Positions 14,928-16,147 of a stretch of 16,147 nucleotides of DNA are shown here, piece after piece. The stretch spans positions 1-16,147 of the forward strand of contig JBFXGX010000013.1 in the NCBI GenBank assembly GCA_050177605.1, in the 5' to 3' direction. This stretch comes from Candidatus Izemoplasmatales bacterium. GTDB taxonomy: Bacteria > Bacillota_I > Bacilli_A > Izemoplasmatales > Hujiaoplasmataceae. The notes beneath the pieces are model-generated. The model saw only the letters and a list, made by a program, of their open reading frames with translations. It ran no database searches and was not told the origin of the DNA. The position numbers and the translations under genes are program-made. Position 1 is the stretch's first letter; each line of letters begins with the position of its first letter.

Positions 14928-16147
14928 ATGGCAGACAACAAAACACCAATTAAAAAACCATTAAACAGCCGCATGCCACAATTACTAATCATCGCATTTT
15001 TATTAGTATTTGTTGTATTGGTTGTCTATAACTTCAGAGGAGCGAACGCCCCTGTCCCACTAAACAATTCACAATTCCAAGCAATATTATCTGGTCAAGG
15101 CGTTTCAACGATTGATGTAACACCAATCAATGATGCGAACTATCGTGGATACAAAGTCACTGGAGAATTAGTAGATACAAGAACTTATGTCACTTATTTA
15201 GCGAACGATACAGAATTTGATCAGATGTTTGCGATTGTTACACAACTCAATAATGATATTCTTAGTTCTAATAATGTCATCTATACTTACGTTCCAGCTT
15301 CTTCTTACACCATTGCCAATATTATCTTCCCGCTTCTACTTGTCGGTGGAATTATTCTCCTCTTCGTTTTTATGACAAGAGGTGGTGCGAACGCAAATAA
15401 ACAAGCTTTCGATTTTGGAAAGAGCCGTGCTAAACTATCAAAAGGACAAAGAACAACTTTTGAAGATGTTGCTGGGGCAGATGAAGAAAAAGAAGAATTA
15501 CAAGAAATCATCGATTTCTTAAAGAACCCTAAAAAATACTTAGAACTTGGCGCAAGAATACCAAAGGGAGTCCTTTTAGTAGGTCCTCCAGGAACTGGTA
15601 AAACATTAATCGCAAGAGCCGTCGCAGGTGAAGCGAATGTACCATTCTATTTTGTCAGTGGATCTGACTTCTTAGAAATGTTTGTCGGTGTTGGTGCAAG
15701 CCGTGTTCGTGATATGTTTAAAACTGCAAAACAAAATGCTCCATGTATTCTCTTTATTGATGAAATCGATGCAGTCGGTCGTCAAAGAGGAACTGGACTT
15801 GGTGGCGGACATGATGAACGTGAACAAACCCTCAACCAATTGCTTGTGGAGATGGATGGATTCGGACATAACTCAGGCGTTATTATTTTAGCTGCGACAA
15901 ACCGTGTTGATATTTTAGACCCTGCACTGCTTCGTCCAGGAAGATTTGACCGTCAAATTTATGTAGGTCGTCCTGACATTAAAGGTCGTAAAGAAATCTT
16001 AAAAGTTCATTCTCGCAAGAAAAAATTAAATCCAAAAATTACTTTTGAAGAAATCGCAAAAAGAACTCCTGGTTTTACTGGGGCAGACTTAGAAAACTTA
16101 ATGAACGAGGCTGCGCTTCTTGCTGCACGTGAAAACAAAAAACAAAT
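14928..16147 (+). CDS. ftsH: ATP-dependent zinc metalloprotease FtsH (partial, runs off the window, absent from the ORF track)
   Basis: SD AAGGAGG then ATG 14928 ([10 protein letters not shown]...). Two TM segments, FEDVAG, in-frame [33 protein letters not shown] and [10 protein letters not shown]. Confidence 0.97.
   Translation, partial: MADNKTPIKKPLNSRMPQLLIIAFLLVFVVLVVYNFRGANAPVPLNNSQFQAILSGQGVSTIDVTPINDANYRGYKVTGELVDTRTYVTYLANDTEFDQMFAIVTQLNNDILSSNNVIYTYVPASSYTIANIIFPLLLVGGIILLFVFMTRGGANANKQAFDFGKSRAKLSKGQRTTFEDVAGADEEKEELQEIIDFLKNPKKYLELGARIPKGVLLVGPPGTGKTLIARAVAGEANVPFYFVSGSDFLEMFVGVGASRVRDMFKTAKQNAPCILFIDEIDAVGRQRGTGLGGGHDEREQTLNQLLVEMDGFGHNSGVIILAATNRVDILDPALLRPGRFDRQIYVGRPDIKGRKEILKVHSRKKKLNPKITFEEIAKRTPGFTGADLENLMNEAALLAARENKKQ

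Noticed and set aside
1764..15891. Short 60-90 aa antisense or out-of-frame ORFs in the track (e.g. 1764, 3170, 3600, 7220, 7562, 8419, 9018, 9700, 12516, 13346, 14583, 15305, 15672, 15682)
   Set aside because: They are shadows of confidently identified genes, with no family motifs or convincing start signals noted.
16121..16136. parS-like sequence TGCTGCACGTGAAAAC inside ftsH
   Set aside because: It has three mismatches to TGTTNCACGTGAAACA, is poorly palindromic, and is explained by the conserved AARE codons.

Overview
This is an AT-rich core-genome window from a low-GC Bacillota-related bacterium using genetic code 11. Gene content and order suggest an Izemoplasmatales/Acholeplasmatales-like Mollicute, which is an inference. 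Minus strand, in order of transcription: maf and an M48 peptidase; rpmE; tdk, tadA, SRP RNA (ffs) and a Cof-type HAD hydrolase; mnmG, rsmG, two paralogous 6-TM unknown proteins, parA, parB, DUF951 and a MazG-like gene; then a cluster of 12 tRNA genes with two sigma-A promoters and a terminator. Plus strand: tilS, hpt and ftsH (truncated at the window end). I found no mobile element, CRISPR array or canonical parS. The most notable observation is the pair of translationally coupled membrane proteins between rsmG and parA, in the slot noc occupies in Bacillus. Their cytoplasmic halves look by eye like catalytically degenerate HD-GYP domains. Lesser points are a divergent TadA, an SRP RNA with a UGAC tetraloop, tRNA-Thr(CGT) with A32, a permuted tRNA cluster and a hairpin over the rpmE SD.
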